Both the position numbers and the translations under genes were made by a program. This document shows, in pieces, positions 46,895 through 55,739 of a stretch of 64,000 nucleotides of DNA (position 1 is the first letter of the stretch; every line of letters starts with the position of its first letter). Origin of the DNA: a virus; the IMG/VR virus record IMGVR_UViG_3300045118_000377, positions 31,491 through 95,490 of that record; one strand, 5' to 3'. Below the pieces are notes generated by a model. That model had not been told where the DNA came from. It did not search any database and saw nothing but the letters and a program-made list of their open reading frames with translations.

Positions 46895-47340
46895 AGACCC
46901 ACCGCCAGGCAGAGAGTGACCTCCACCCTCGGGTTCTGGGGGTCGCAGTCCTTCGCCAGCGTGTGGATGAACGTGCAGCTGTCATCCACCCCGACCGCGT
47001 CCTTGATGGCGTCCTCCAGGAGCTTGATGCGGTTCGAGAGGTCCATCCGCTTCCACCGGTTCTCAGCCTTCCTTTCACCCGCGTGCTTGCCTTTGACGAA
47101 CCTCTCGCTCCACCCCTTGTTCTCGATCTCCTCGAAGTAGAAGTGGAGCGTGAGGTCGTACTTCTCATTGGGATCAAGCGGCTTGGCAAACTGCAACCGG
47201 TTCTGGTTGATGATCTCGATGACGGCCTTCTTCTTCCAGCTCTTGGCCTCACCCGTCATGCCGCGGCCGCCACCGTGGATGTTGAAGTAGATGTGGTTGC
47301 TCGATGGCGGCATCGTCAGCGTTGCTTGGATCGGCTTCAT
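46891..47340 (-). CDS. rusA: RusA-like Holliday junction resolvase
   Basis: PPSSN...DLSNRIKLLEDAI...DDS...PRVEV. Confidence 0.8.
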   Translation of the reverse strand: MKPIQATLTMPPSSNHIYFNIHGGGRGMTGEAKSWKKKAVIEIINQNRLQFAKPLDPNEKYDLTLHFYFEEIENKGWSERFVKGKHAGERKAENRWKRMDLSNRIKLLEDAIKDAVGVDDSCTFIHTLAKDCDPQNPRVEVTLCLAVGL

Positions 47341-47993
47341 TCCTTGGTTCTCCCCGGAGGTAGCCGACCTGGTCTCGTTGGCGGCAGAGCTAGACGTCGG
47401 GGCCTAGCTTCCTGATCTTCGATCTGCTTCGACATGCGTCTCATGCCTTCGATGTGGGCATGCCTGGCACCCTTCTTGATCTCCTGATCTCGCAGGGTGA
47501 TCATGCGTGAAAGGTGTGTCCAGTTGCCTTCCCAGGCGTCGACTACGGTCTTCATCAGTTTGCACAGGCACTCCATCTCAAGCATCCGTGCCCGAGACAG
47601 GACGTACCGACGATCGGTGATCTTGCGAGACTCCTTGTCGGCGGACGTCCCGTCCTTCGTGAGCCTCACCTTGCTGGAGATGAACTCATGCTGCTCCTTG
47701 GCCTCTTTGAGCCGGATTTCCGTATCGGCCAGCTGTCCGTTGATGTACCCGCAGTACAAGATCACGACCGTAGACAGCTCTCCGATGTCTTGCTCGCTCA
47801 TCTCCATGATGGAGATCGGAACTTCTGGGACTCCCGCATCATTCAGGAACTTGGACTTCCCCTGGATCTTGGGCGGCAGTTGCAGACCACGGCGGACCAT
47901 CTCACTGTAGGCGCTGTCGGCCACCTTGTAGGCATCCTCGCCCTCAGTCATGTCCATCTGCATGCCGCCACCAGTTTTCTCGCGTCGCGACAT
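47337..47993 (-). CDS. Helical coiled-coil protein, possibly UvsY-like recombination mediator
   Basis: Long helices ending LSRMIT; located in the recombination cluster; assignment is inference. Confidence 0.4.
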   Translation of the reverse strand: MSRREKTGGGMQMDMTEGEDAYKVADSAYSEMVRRGLQLPPKIQGKSKFLNDAGVPEVPISIMEMSEQDIGELSTVVILYCGYINGQLADTEIRLKEAKEQHEFISSKVRLTKDGTSADKESRKITDRRYVLSRARMLEMECLCKLMKTVVDAWEGNWTHLSRMITLRDQEIKKGARHAHIEGMRRMSKQIEDQEARPRRLALPPTRPGRLPPGRTKE

Positions 47994-48000
47994 GATCACC

Positions 48001-48837
48001 TCACAGTCGGTAACGCGGACCTCGCCCGCGCTGCACCCTCGTCTCGCTCATCTTCGGGGGCTTGCAGACGTGAGCGTACCGGCAGGTCCGGCAGTGGAAG
48101 CCAGGCTCCTGTGGGGGCTCCTGGTCGTTGAGCGCGCACTCGCGCACGTACTTGAGCTTCCGAACGATCGCGTCCCACAGCGGACGGTGGAACTTCACCG
48201 CGTACTCCGCCATGGCGCTGGTGTTCTTGTCGTAGTAGAGGATCACGCAGACGGGCACGTCCAGGCAGCCCATGTAGAAGGTGGACTGGACCGTGTGCTC
48301 TTCCTTGGCCCGAGACATGGACTTGAACTCGTCGGTGTTGATCGACTTGATCTCCACCAGGAAGCGGATGTTGTCCTCCGTCACGATCTCGTACAGGCCG
48401 TCGGTCGTCGACAGGATGTCCAGCAGGTCCGCGGCCTTTGAAGTCTGGGGGTCGATGGGCTTCTCGTCCTCGAACTTCTCGGTACCGTCGGAGCGCTTGC
48501 AGATCTGGGTCATGTAGTCCTGGAGCTGCAAGTGGATCATGGTCCCGGTGTCGAAGATGCGCCGGAGTCGCGGCTCGATGTGCTCGTGCGCCTCGATCCC
48601 GATGTAGCGGTAGTACATCTTGCGGCCGCAGCCCATGACGTACTGCCCGCAGAGGGAGAGCCCACCAGTGGACCCCACATCCGAGGCGCTGAAGCAGCCG
48701 GTCTCCTTCTTGTGCTGGTCCATGTTCAGATCTTCGAGGTAGGCCTCGATCCGAGGTATCAGCTGCACGTGACGGAGCGCCTGTCGGAGCTCCGGCTCGC
48801 GCATGGATTCGAGATCAGCGATTGTCGTCAGGCGCAT
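48001..48837 (-). CDS. Cas4-like PD-(D/E)XK exonuclease
   Basis: CGRKMYY, GTMIH, TDG...VEIKS, Q..FYM, CRTCRYAHVC (Fe-S Cys pattern). Confidence 0.8.
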   Translation of the reverse strand: MRLTTIADLESMREPELRQALRHVQLIPRIEAYLEDLNMDQHKKETGCFSASDVGSTGGLSLCGQYVMGCGRKMYYRYIGIEAHEHIEPRLRRIFDTGTMIHLQLQDYMTQICKRSDGTEKFEDEKPIDPQTSKAADLLDILSTTDGLYEIVTEDNIRFLVEIKSINTDEFKSMSRAKEEHTVQSTFYMGCLDVPVCVILYYDKNTSAMAEYAVKFHRPLWDAIVRKLKYVRECALNDQEPPQEPGFHCRTCRYAHVCKPPKMSETRVQRGRGPRYRL

Positions 48838-49372
48838 TTGCCAGCTCCTTGAATAGTGAGTAGGGGATGACGGCGAATGCCTCCCTGGCTTTGTTGAACT
48901 CCACGATGAGCGCCGGCTTCTCGCTCGCCTCCGTCGCCAGCCCCACGATCTTCGCCAGATCGATGAGCTTGAGCTTGAAGGCGTGGAGGCTGTCGGTGAA
49001 CTTGTGCTCCAGCCTCCATCGCCCCATCAGCCGGACATCGCCCTTGTACCCTCGCATCCTCGTACCACCAGATCCGGGCTGGGGCCTCCCCCCGAGGTCG
49101 TCGGCCAGTACCTTCTCCAACCTCCGCGAGGTCTTGATTCGTTCCTTGGCCTCCCGACTTCGCTCGGGGTCGGGCCCCAGCTCGAGATTCAGGTCGATCT
49201 CTACACCGTCCTCGATGCAGACTTCGCAGAGGTGGGACTGTCGCAGAACGCGGCCGCTGTCACCCGTGCGCTGCATGAAGTTGATGCAGACGGTACTCGT
49301 GACATGACGGCAGCGATCGCAATGATTGCCGTAGCCCTCATCGACGACCTGGATGTAGAACGGGGCCTTCAC
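48815..49372 (-). CDS. PD-(D/E)XK nuclease (Hjc-like) with N-terminal Zn finger
   Basis: CDRC...CEVC; EK.LA..LGG.PQPGSG...KGDV...LEHK. Confidence 0.7.
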   Translation of the reverse strand: MKAPFYIQVVDEGYGNHCDRCRHVTSTVCINFMQRTGDSGRVLRQSHLCEVCIEDGVEIDLNLELGPDPERSREAKERIKTSRRLEKVLADDLGGRPQPGSGGTRMRGYKGDVRLMGRWRLEHKFTDSLHAFKLKLIDLAKIVGLATEASEKPALIVEFNKAREAFAVIPYSLFKELANAPDDNR

Positions 49373-51228
49373 GTCAACCTCACGTGAGCCAACCCCGCGT
49401 GGACGTTGAGCAGCTCCTTCAGGGTCTTCACGAGATCGGGCTCGCTCTCGATGAGGTTGATCATCTTCTCCTCACCATGCACCGGGTCCATCTCGATCTC
49501 CGGCACAACGTAGCGAGCGCCCTCCCTCTTTTCGATGACCTTGTGCCGAATGCACTGGGCCAGCAGATCGCTGGCGGTGTCGACCTCCAGCGGGTCGAAG
49601 TACAGCTGGAAGCTGCCGGTCGCGCCTTCGTGCGTCCCGGCCTTGCCCTTGGTGATCTCCCAGTTGACCTCCTTTCCGACCTTGACCTCCTTGACCTTGA
49701 TGTTCTGGCCAGGGTGCAAGCTGAGCCGGATGAGGTTGACGTGCTGGAGCGCGTAGGCTCCCTTGCTGTCGTACTTCCGTCCGTAGACCTTGCCGCCGCC
49801 CAGGTCGAGCTTGGCGCGAGACTGGCGGATGGCGATGACCGTGGTCTCGTTGACCTCGACCTCTGGTTCGAGACCCTTCCAACCGCAGTCCGGGCACTCG
49901 TACTTGTAGTTGATCTTGTTGCTGTCGGTGACCTTCTTCGACAGCGGCGCACGAGCACAGCCGGGACAGCGATAGACGGGGTTGAGGGCGTCCAAGATCT
50001 TCTTCGACCACTTGGTCTGCAGCATCGCGGGCGAAGCGACCTGGGGCGTTTCGTCCAGGCTCGCCACGTCCTCAGCTCCGGTCAGCATCATGTCCCAGCT
50101 GTCGATGCCGATGACCTGGTAGATGTTGTGTTCGACCGCGTAGACGATGCCATCGAGCACGTTCTCAGCCGGTCCCTCGAAGATGTGGAACTCGCCGACC
50201 CCGGGGCACCGCATCGCCTCCTCGACCTCCTTCTTGGTCAGCGGATCTTCTCCGCGCAGCTTCCGGGCGCGCTGGGTGACGTCGATGTCGTACTGGCTCA
50301 TCGCCACCTTCACCCCGCACATCTGGGCGAAGTGCTTGTCCACGAAGTTCTCGAAGCAGGCCATGGCCAGGCAAGAACGCTCGCCGTAGTGCCGCTGGAC
50401 CTCGGCGAAGTAGCGGTAGAGCAGGTAGTTCTTCCCCGTGCTCTCCGGCCCATCGATCTGGCAGACCCCACCAGCCGGCAGACCGCCACCGGTCGCGAGA
50501 TCGATGGAGGGGATGCCGTTGGGTCGGCGCAGGTCGAACGCGCTCCATGCCTCGCTGGCGGGTCTGATGATCGGCCCGTTGTTGCCGAACCTCATGTTGA
50601 TGGCGAGCGCTACCTGCTTGGGGTCTGGCTTCGGGAACCGTTCCCAGTCGCCCTTGGCGTTCTCCCTCGCCTCGGCTTTGGCCTTACGGCCCTTGGAGGC
50701 CGGCTTCTCCTCGCCGTCCACGGACTTCGCCGTGATCCTGCTAGGTGCTTTCCTACTCAAGTGCCCTCCTTTCTGTATGTATTCGACTGCCCTATTCAAA
50801 AGGCCAACATCATCTCTGAATACGCCCAATCCATAGTTGCAGCTCGAGCACAAAAGACCACGAACCATGCCCGTACTATGATCATGATCCACGTACAATC
50901 TACCACCGCGTTCCTTACTTGTCGGAGGAGACTCGCAGATCGCACAAGAGCCATCTTGCTCCTCTAGGAGTAGATCGTAGTCTTGTGACGTCATGCCGTA
51001 CTTGCTCCGCAAGGAGTATTCTTTGAAGTACTCCCTGATATGGTCTCTTGTCTCTCTCCTGTACTGCCTACGTCGCTCTTTGTTCGTGTTCTTTTTGTGT
51101 TTCTCCCTCGCCACCTGTGGATCACGATCGTATAGACGCTTCGCCCTTTCACGGGCATTCCTTCTGCATCGCTCACACAGCTTGTAGCGATCGTTGGGCT
51201 TTGGCCTTTTGCAGAAAGTGCAGTTCAT
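49369..51228 (-). CDS. recA: Endonuclease VII-like HNH domain fused in frame to RecA/UvsX (internal RecA start probably TTG50760)
   Basis: CAIC...YVDHDH.TG.VRGLLC..CN, then with no stop GIPSIDLATGGGLPAG..QIDGPESTGKN, GIDS, IRQSR, GAYALQH, ITKGK. Confidence 0.85.
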   Translation of the reverse strand: MNCTFCKRPKPNDRYKLCERCRRNARERAKRLYDRDPQVAREKHKKNTNKERRRQYRRETRDHIREYFKEYSLRSKYGMTSQDYDLLLEEQDGSCAICESPPTSKERGGRLYVDHDHSTGMVRGLLCSSCNYGLGVFRDDVGLLNRAVEYIQKGGHLSRKAPSRITAKSVDGEEKPASKGRKAKAEARENAKGDWERFPKPDPKQVALAINMRFGNNGPIIRPASEAWSAFDLRRPNGIPSIDLATGGGLPAGGVCQIDGPESTGKNYLLYRYFAEVQRHYGERSCLAMACFENFVDKHFAQMCGVKVAMSQYDIDVTQRARKLRGEDPLTKKEVEEAMRCPGVGEFHIFEGPAENVLDGIVYAVEHNIYQVIGIDSWDMMLTGAEDVASLDETPQVASPAMLQTKWSKKILDALNPVYRCPGCARAPLSKKVTDSNKINYKYECPDCGWKGLEPEVEVNETTVIAIRQSRAKLDLGGGKVYGRKYDSKGAYALQHVNLIRLSLHPGQNIKVKEVKVGKEVNWEITKGKAGTHEGATGSFQLYFDPLEVDTASDLLAQCIRHKVIEKREGARYVVPEIEMDPVHGEEKMINLIESEPDLVKTLKELLNVHAGLAHVRLT

Positions 51229-51386
51229 TTCTTGTCCGGCTCGGACTCCTTCTCGTACGGCTCGGTCCCCTTCTCCGGGTCCAGCGGCACGTTGACGTTG
51301 GGATCGGGCTTGGGCTGTCCGCCCTTGCTGCCTACCTTCTCCTTCTCGACCTTCGCGGGGTCGATCTCGACTCCGTACTTTTCCAT
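51225..51386 (-). CDS. Small charged hypothetical protein (frame also open upstream to 51539)
   Basis: GAGGAGG RBS before ATG51386. Confidence 0.55.
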   Translation of the reverse strand: MEKYGVEIDPAKVEKEKVGSKGGQPKPDPNVNVPLDPEKGTEPYEKESEPDKK

Positions 51387-51510
51387 GGGTTCCTCCTCTG
51401 ATCTTCGCAGGGGTAGGTACTCCCGGAAGATCCTCTCGTTCGCCTCCCTCAAGACCTTCAGGTACATGAGAGGCTTGATCAGACTTTGGATCAGGGGGAT
51501 ACCCCAACCC

Positions 51511-53565
51511 TCAGTGCGCTTCGGTCCAGCTTTCTCCATGGCCGATGTCCACTCCTAGTGGGATGCTGAGCTCCCGGAACGGGAAGCCCTTGATGATGTC
51601 TGGAAGCGGCTCGAACGGGTGTTCCATCAGCTCACGGATTCGGGGTATGGCCTCCTCCAGACACTCCGGAGGAACCTCCATCATGATCTCGTCGTGGATC
51701 TGAAGGATCTGCCGGACACCCATGTCACGCAGCTGCTCGGCCTCCATGCTGTCCCACTCGCCGATCCCCTCCAGTCGCAGCTGTGCAAGACGAGCCACGT
51801 CCGCTGCCCCACCCTGGATGCGGGAGTTCACGTCCTGGCGAAGCGCGCGAGCAGCTAACGGCCCCGGGCGCTCAGGAACCCACTTCTTATCTCGAGGATT
51901 CCAGTATCCTTCTTTCCAGTCGTGATCTGCGTCTACCAGCCTCCGCACCCGGCCCAGGTAGGTGTAGACCTCGAGATTGCGCCGGCAGAAGTCGTGCGTG
52001 TCATCGAGGAACGCCCGCACCCGCGGGTATGGAGCGAAGTACTTCTCGATCTTCTCTTCGGCCTCCTCCACGGTGCACCCGAGATCCTCGGCTAACGCGC
52101 GCTTGCCCTTGCTGTAGTTGAGACCGAAGCCGATGGCCTTGGAGTCACGACGGTGCCCCAGCAGCATCCTCACCCATTCCGGCCACTCGGTCTTGGGCAC
52201 CTCCGCCTTCTCGAGCTTGCCGCCTTCTTTCTTGGCCTTGACGATCTCCTCGTAAGGCACGCCGTACATCAGGGAGGCGGTTCCCATGTGGATGTCCCAT
52301 CCACGGCGGATCACGTCTCGCATGTTCTCGTCGCCCGAGAGGTCTGCCATGATCCTCATCTCGAGCTGCATGTAGTCGGCGCAGACGAGCTCGAACCCCT
52401 GGCCGGGCATGAAGGCACCACGCAGGTCGTATGGGTCCTCGTCCGGACGCTTGATGTTCTGGAGGTTGGGGTCGGTAGAGGTGAGACGGCCGGTGACGGC
52501 GACGTGCTGGTTGAGCGTTGGATGGATGCGGCCGCGGTGGTCGGCCCTCTTGATCATGCCTTCGACGTACGTGCCCCTGGTCTTGCCGAGATCGCGATGC
52601 TCCAGAAGCAGCCGGCTGAGCTCGCACCCGTTCTTCTTCCAGACGGTCAGCACATCCTCATTCAGCTGGGGCTTCCGGTTCCCGCTCTCCCCGCCCTTCG
52701 TCCAGGTCACGGGCCCGTACCCCAGGTCGCCGAAGAACAGCTCCTGAAGCTGCTTGGGGCTGGCAAGATTGACGTCCTTGCCTGCGAGCTTGTTGAACTG
52801 TCTCTCGATCTTCTCCATGTCCCTCGTGATGGGACCTTCGAGGTCTCGGAGATAGCCTCGGTCGATCATGACGCCGCGGCGCTCGCAGTTGTAGAGCACC
52901 TTCGTGTACGGCACCTCCACCTTCTTGAACACGTCCCACAGGCTGAAGCGCTCATAGACCGTGGGGGAGCGCTCGAGCTTGTCCTTGAGGTAGCGGTGGA
53001 CCGCCAGGCTCGCCCAGGCATCGCAGGAAGCGTAGTCGATGGCCGCCTGTGGGTTCTCCTTCATGATCCTGATGAGCGTGTCCTGGTAGGTCTCCTTCCT
53101 GGCCTTCTTGAAGACGGACTTGAACTCCTCCATGTTGAGGTGGAGGTAGCGGGCGGCCACATCCTTCAACCCGTGGCGCTTGTTCTCATCGTATAACCAA
53201 TCCATCACCAACGTGCAGTGGATAGGTCCAGCGAGCAGCGGCACGCCGGAGTTGGCGAGGATGTTGTTGTCGTAGTTGGCGTTGGTCATCACCCAGGTGA
53301 TGTTCGGGTCGTCCCCGATCTCTCTGCTGAAGACCTCCAGCATCGTGCTGTCGAGGCAATACCGATCACCCAGCTCTGGGTGCTTCTCGGGATCTGGTCC
53401 TAGGTCCGTGCACAGAGACCAGAAGAGGACCACGTCCCTCGATCGATCCAAGCCCGTGGTCTCGGTATCCAGCGCACAGATCTTCTTGTCCCTGATCTTT
53501 CTGCAGATCTGAACCACCCGTTGCGGACTGTCCACCCACTCAGGGATTGGTAGCTTTCGCCACAT
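51511..53565 (-). CDS. polA: DNA polymerase family A with 3'-5' exonuclease
   Basis: DTETTG, TGRLTSTDPNLQNI, ADYMQLEMR, R..SKAIGFGLNY, NSRIQGGAAD, QIHDE. Confidence 0.95.
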   Translation of the reverse strand: MWRKLPIPEWVDSPQRVVQICRKIRDKKICALDTETTGLDRSRDVVLFWSLCTDLGPDPEKHPELGDRYCLDSTMLEVFSREIGDDPNITWVMTNANYDNNILANSGVPLLAGPIHCTLVMDWLYDENKRHGLKDVAARYLHLNMEEFKSVFKKARKETYQDTLIRIMKENPQAAIDYASCDAWASLAVHRYLKDKLERSPTVYERFSLWDVFKKVEVPYTKVLYNCERRGVMIDRGYLRDLEGPITRDMEKIERQFNKLAGKDVNLASPKQLQELFFGDLGYGPVTWTKGGESGNRKPQLNEDVLTVWKKNGCELSRLLLEHRDLGKTRGTYVEGMIKRADHRGRIHPTLNQHVAVTGRLTSTDPNLQNIKRPDEDPYDLRGAFMPGQGFELVCADYMQLEMRIMADLSGDENMRDVIRRGWDIHMGTASLMYGVPYEEIVKAKKEGGKLEKAEVPKTEWPEWVRMLLGHRRDSKAIGFGLNYSKGKRALAEDLGCTVEEAEEKIEKYFAPYPRVRAFLDDTHDFCRRNLEVYTYLGRVRRLVDADHDWKEGYWNPRDKKWVPERPGPLAARALRQDVNSRIQGGAADVARLAQLRLEGIGEWDSMEAEQLRDMGVRQILQIHDEIMMEVPPECLEEAIPRIRELMEHPFEPLPDIIKGFPFRELSIPLGVDIGHGESWTEAH

Positions 53566-53582
53566 AGGTCATCCTTGGTAGT

Positions 53583-53612
53583 GGGAGGGAGGGGCCGCAA
53601 CCCCTCCCTCCC
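53583..53612. promoter_or_regulatory. Strong intergenic hairpin between the SSB gene and polA
   Basis: Perfect 12-bp stem GGGAGGGAGGGG/CCCCTCCCTCCC, 6-nt loop, no U-tract. Confidence 0.6.
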
Positions 53613-53623
53613 GGGTGGTCGTT

Positions 53624-54760
53624 CTAGTACGGGATGTCCCCGTCCTCGGCGTCGTTCCTGGACTCGTCGCGCTCGCGGTCGTAGTCCTGAACGTGACGGC
53701 GGGTCTCGTCGTCGCCGAAGGGGTTCTTCACCCGCAGGTGCTTGGCCTGGTACTTGTGGTCGTCGCCCATGAAGACGCGGTGGAGGATGTCGCGCTGCGG
53801 GATGAGGTCCTTCACGCGCTCATCGATCTTGCCGGGGACGTGCCTACCGATGATCAGCTGCGACTTCGTGCCGTCGCCCTCACGCCGAACCTCGAGATCG
53901 ACGTCCCAGAGGCGCAGGGGGTCGGGGTCGTTGCAGCTGTCGCAGTCGTAGTTGGGGTTGAGGAAGTCGATCGTGTCGCACTTCTTGCACTCGTGCGGCT
54001 GGCTGGTCTTCTCCCTGACCTTCTTCGGGGTCCACAGATCGGGGTCGCCGTCGACGTCGATGACGTCGGCGTCGCAGCCCGCACAGGACCACAGGGGGAT
54101 GATGATCTTCCCGCCGCAGGTGCACTCCTTCTCGAGGTCGTTGGTTTTGGCGGTGAGGGCGGTCATGTGGTTGCCGCCGATGCTCCAGTGCATGAGCTTG
54201 CCGAAGACCTTGTCGTAGCCGGCCTTGCGGATCTTGGGGTCCTCGTCCTCGGCCTCGGAGCAGAGGACGCGGTTCATGATCGGATCGCCCTTCTTGTGGA
54301 ACTTGCTGTCCTGCTGGTAGACGAGCTCCTTGCCGTCCTTGTCCTCGGCCGGGATCAGGTAGAACCAGTCGAGGTGGACCAGGAGGAAGCCGTAGAGCGG
54401 GCGGAAGCTGACGTCCTTGGCACCGTGCTCCCGCTCGTAGCACGCGACGCAGTTGCCCGTGCCCTTGAGCTTGTCGTCCACGACCTTGTAGTGCTTGTTG
54501 CAGAGGAAGGTCTTCTTGCAGCGGTCGGCGTAGTGCTCGATGTACTCGAAGTACGGCGCGCGGCCGCCCTCGAACGTGGGGTAGTTGCCGGGGATCAGCC
54601 GGATGAGGGCGGGCTCTCCCTGCGGCGGCTTGAACCTGGCGTTGAACCGGAACCCGATCATCGGGCGTCCAGAGCTCCGGCTCTTGTTGTCGGCCAGCTT
54701 CTTGTTCATGCGCCGGCCGAAGTTCCTATCGAGGTCAGTTCTTCCCGGATCGTCGGACAT
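53624..54760 (-). CDS. Single-stranded DNA-binding protein (gp32-like, Zn-binding)
   Basis: Located between primase and polymerase; IRLIP, H...C...C..C, several CxxC pairs; acidic tail ending DGDIPY. Confidence 0.65.
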   Translation of the reverse strand: MSDDPGRTDLDRNFGRRMNKKLADNKSRSSGRPMIGFRFNARFKPPQGEPALIRLIPGNYPTFEGGRAPYFEYIEHYADRCKKTFLCNKHYKVVDDKLKGTGNCVACYEREHGAKDVSFRPLYGFLLVHLDWFYLIPAEDKDGKELVYQQDSKFHKKGDPIMNRVLCSEAEDEDPKIRKAGYDKVFGKLMHWSIGGNHMTALTAKTNDLEKECTCGGKIIIPLWSCAGCDADVIDVDGDPDLWTPKKVREKTSQPHECKKCDTIDFLNPNYDCDSCNDPDPLRLWDVDLEVRREGDGTKSQLIIGRHVPGKIDERVKDLIPQRDILHRVFMGDDHKYQAKHLRVKNPFGDDETRRHVQDYDRERDESRNDAEDGDIPY

Positions 54761-55739
54761 AGCGTTCTCTCCACCTGTTGAAGGTCTCTGGATTCTCGAT
54801 CACGTTTGTGATCTCCTCTTGTGGAAGGTTGTCGGGCTGTGTCCCTTCATCACAGTCTTTCGGGTACCGACAGACCGCCACGGGGTTGGACTTCCTCAGT
54901 CGCTCTCCTGCCTCAAGCACTCCTTTCTGTGCGTCGGGCGTGTTGTCCAAGAACAGGACCAGCTCACACGCCGTTCGCTGAAGCAGCCGTTGCTGGACGG
55001 CTGACAAGTACGTCCCCATCAAGGCCACCGTGTTCCAGGCACCGTTCTGGATCATCCAGAGGCAGGCCTTGAAACCCTCCACGACATAGATGCGCTCGAT
55101 GTCTCCATGGAAGGCCGGAGAGTACACCTGGTGCATGTTCCAGAGGAACTGGCTCTTGTTGAAGTCGTACCCTCGGTAGCGGTCGCTGAACCGCATGAGG
55201 TCCGGCTCCTTGTAGAAGAGGTAGCGCGGTCGATCCCCAACCACGGTCCTGCCTGAGATGCCGTACAGCACTCCCAGGTGGTTGCGGATGGGGAACGTGA
55301 TCCTCTGGTAGTCCTTGTCGAATCCGATGTCGTGCTTGGCGAGCAGCTTCTTCTCGAACCCGGCATCCAGTAGCGACGTCGGGCAGAAGTCGAAGATCCC
55401 CAAGATGCTCTCGTTGAGCGGCATGAGCCCCTTGAACAGCTGACGGGGCATCTCCTTCTTGCGTGGTGTGTCGGTGAGCGAGTCCTTTACCGCGTCCAGT
55501 ATGGCTGCCCGCTTCCTCGGCGGCGCTCCGATCTCCTTCAGGAACGTGAGTAGGTTCCCGCTCGCGCGGCAGGAGTGGCAGATGAAGAGGCCGTTCTCCA
55601 GGCTCATGTAGAAGGCCCCCTCACTGCGCTCTTGATGGAACGGACACGCCCCCTGGATGTTCTTGTGATCAGACGTCTCCTTCCACCATTTGAGGTAGGT
55701 CTCCGCGAGGTCGCTCACGACGCTTCGGATGTCGATCAC
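54735..55739 (-). CDS. dnaG: DnaG-type primase
   Basis: CPFH...CHSC Zn finger, RITFPI, GR, VVEGFKA, FLDN TOPRIM; GTG55739 overlaps the helicase stop. Confidence 0.9.
   Translation of the reverse strand: MIDIRSVVSDLAETYLKWWKETSDHKNIQGACPFHQERSEGAFYMSLENGLFICHSCRASGNLLTFLKEIGAPPRKRAAILDAVKDSLTDTPRKKEMPRQLFKGLMPLNESILGIFDFCPTSLLDAGFEKKLLAKHDIGFDKDYQRITFPIRNHLGVLYGISGRTVVGDRPRYLFYKEPDLMRFSDRYRGYDFNKSQFLWNMHQVYSPAFHGDIERIYVVEGFKACLWMIQNGAWNTVALMGTYLSAVQQRLLQRTACELVLFLDNTPDAQKGVLEAGERLRKSNPVAVCRYPKDCDEGTQPDNLPQEEITNVIENPETFNRWRERYVRRSGKN

Noticed and set aside
50760-51228. EndoVII domain as part of an intein or intron in recA
   Set aside because: It is N-terminal to the whole RecA core, and no splicing motifs or intron-like structure are evident.
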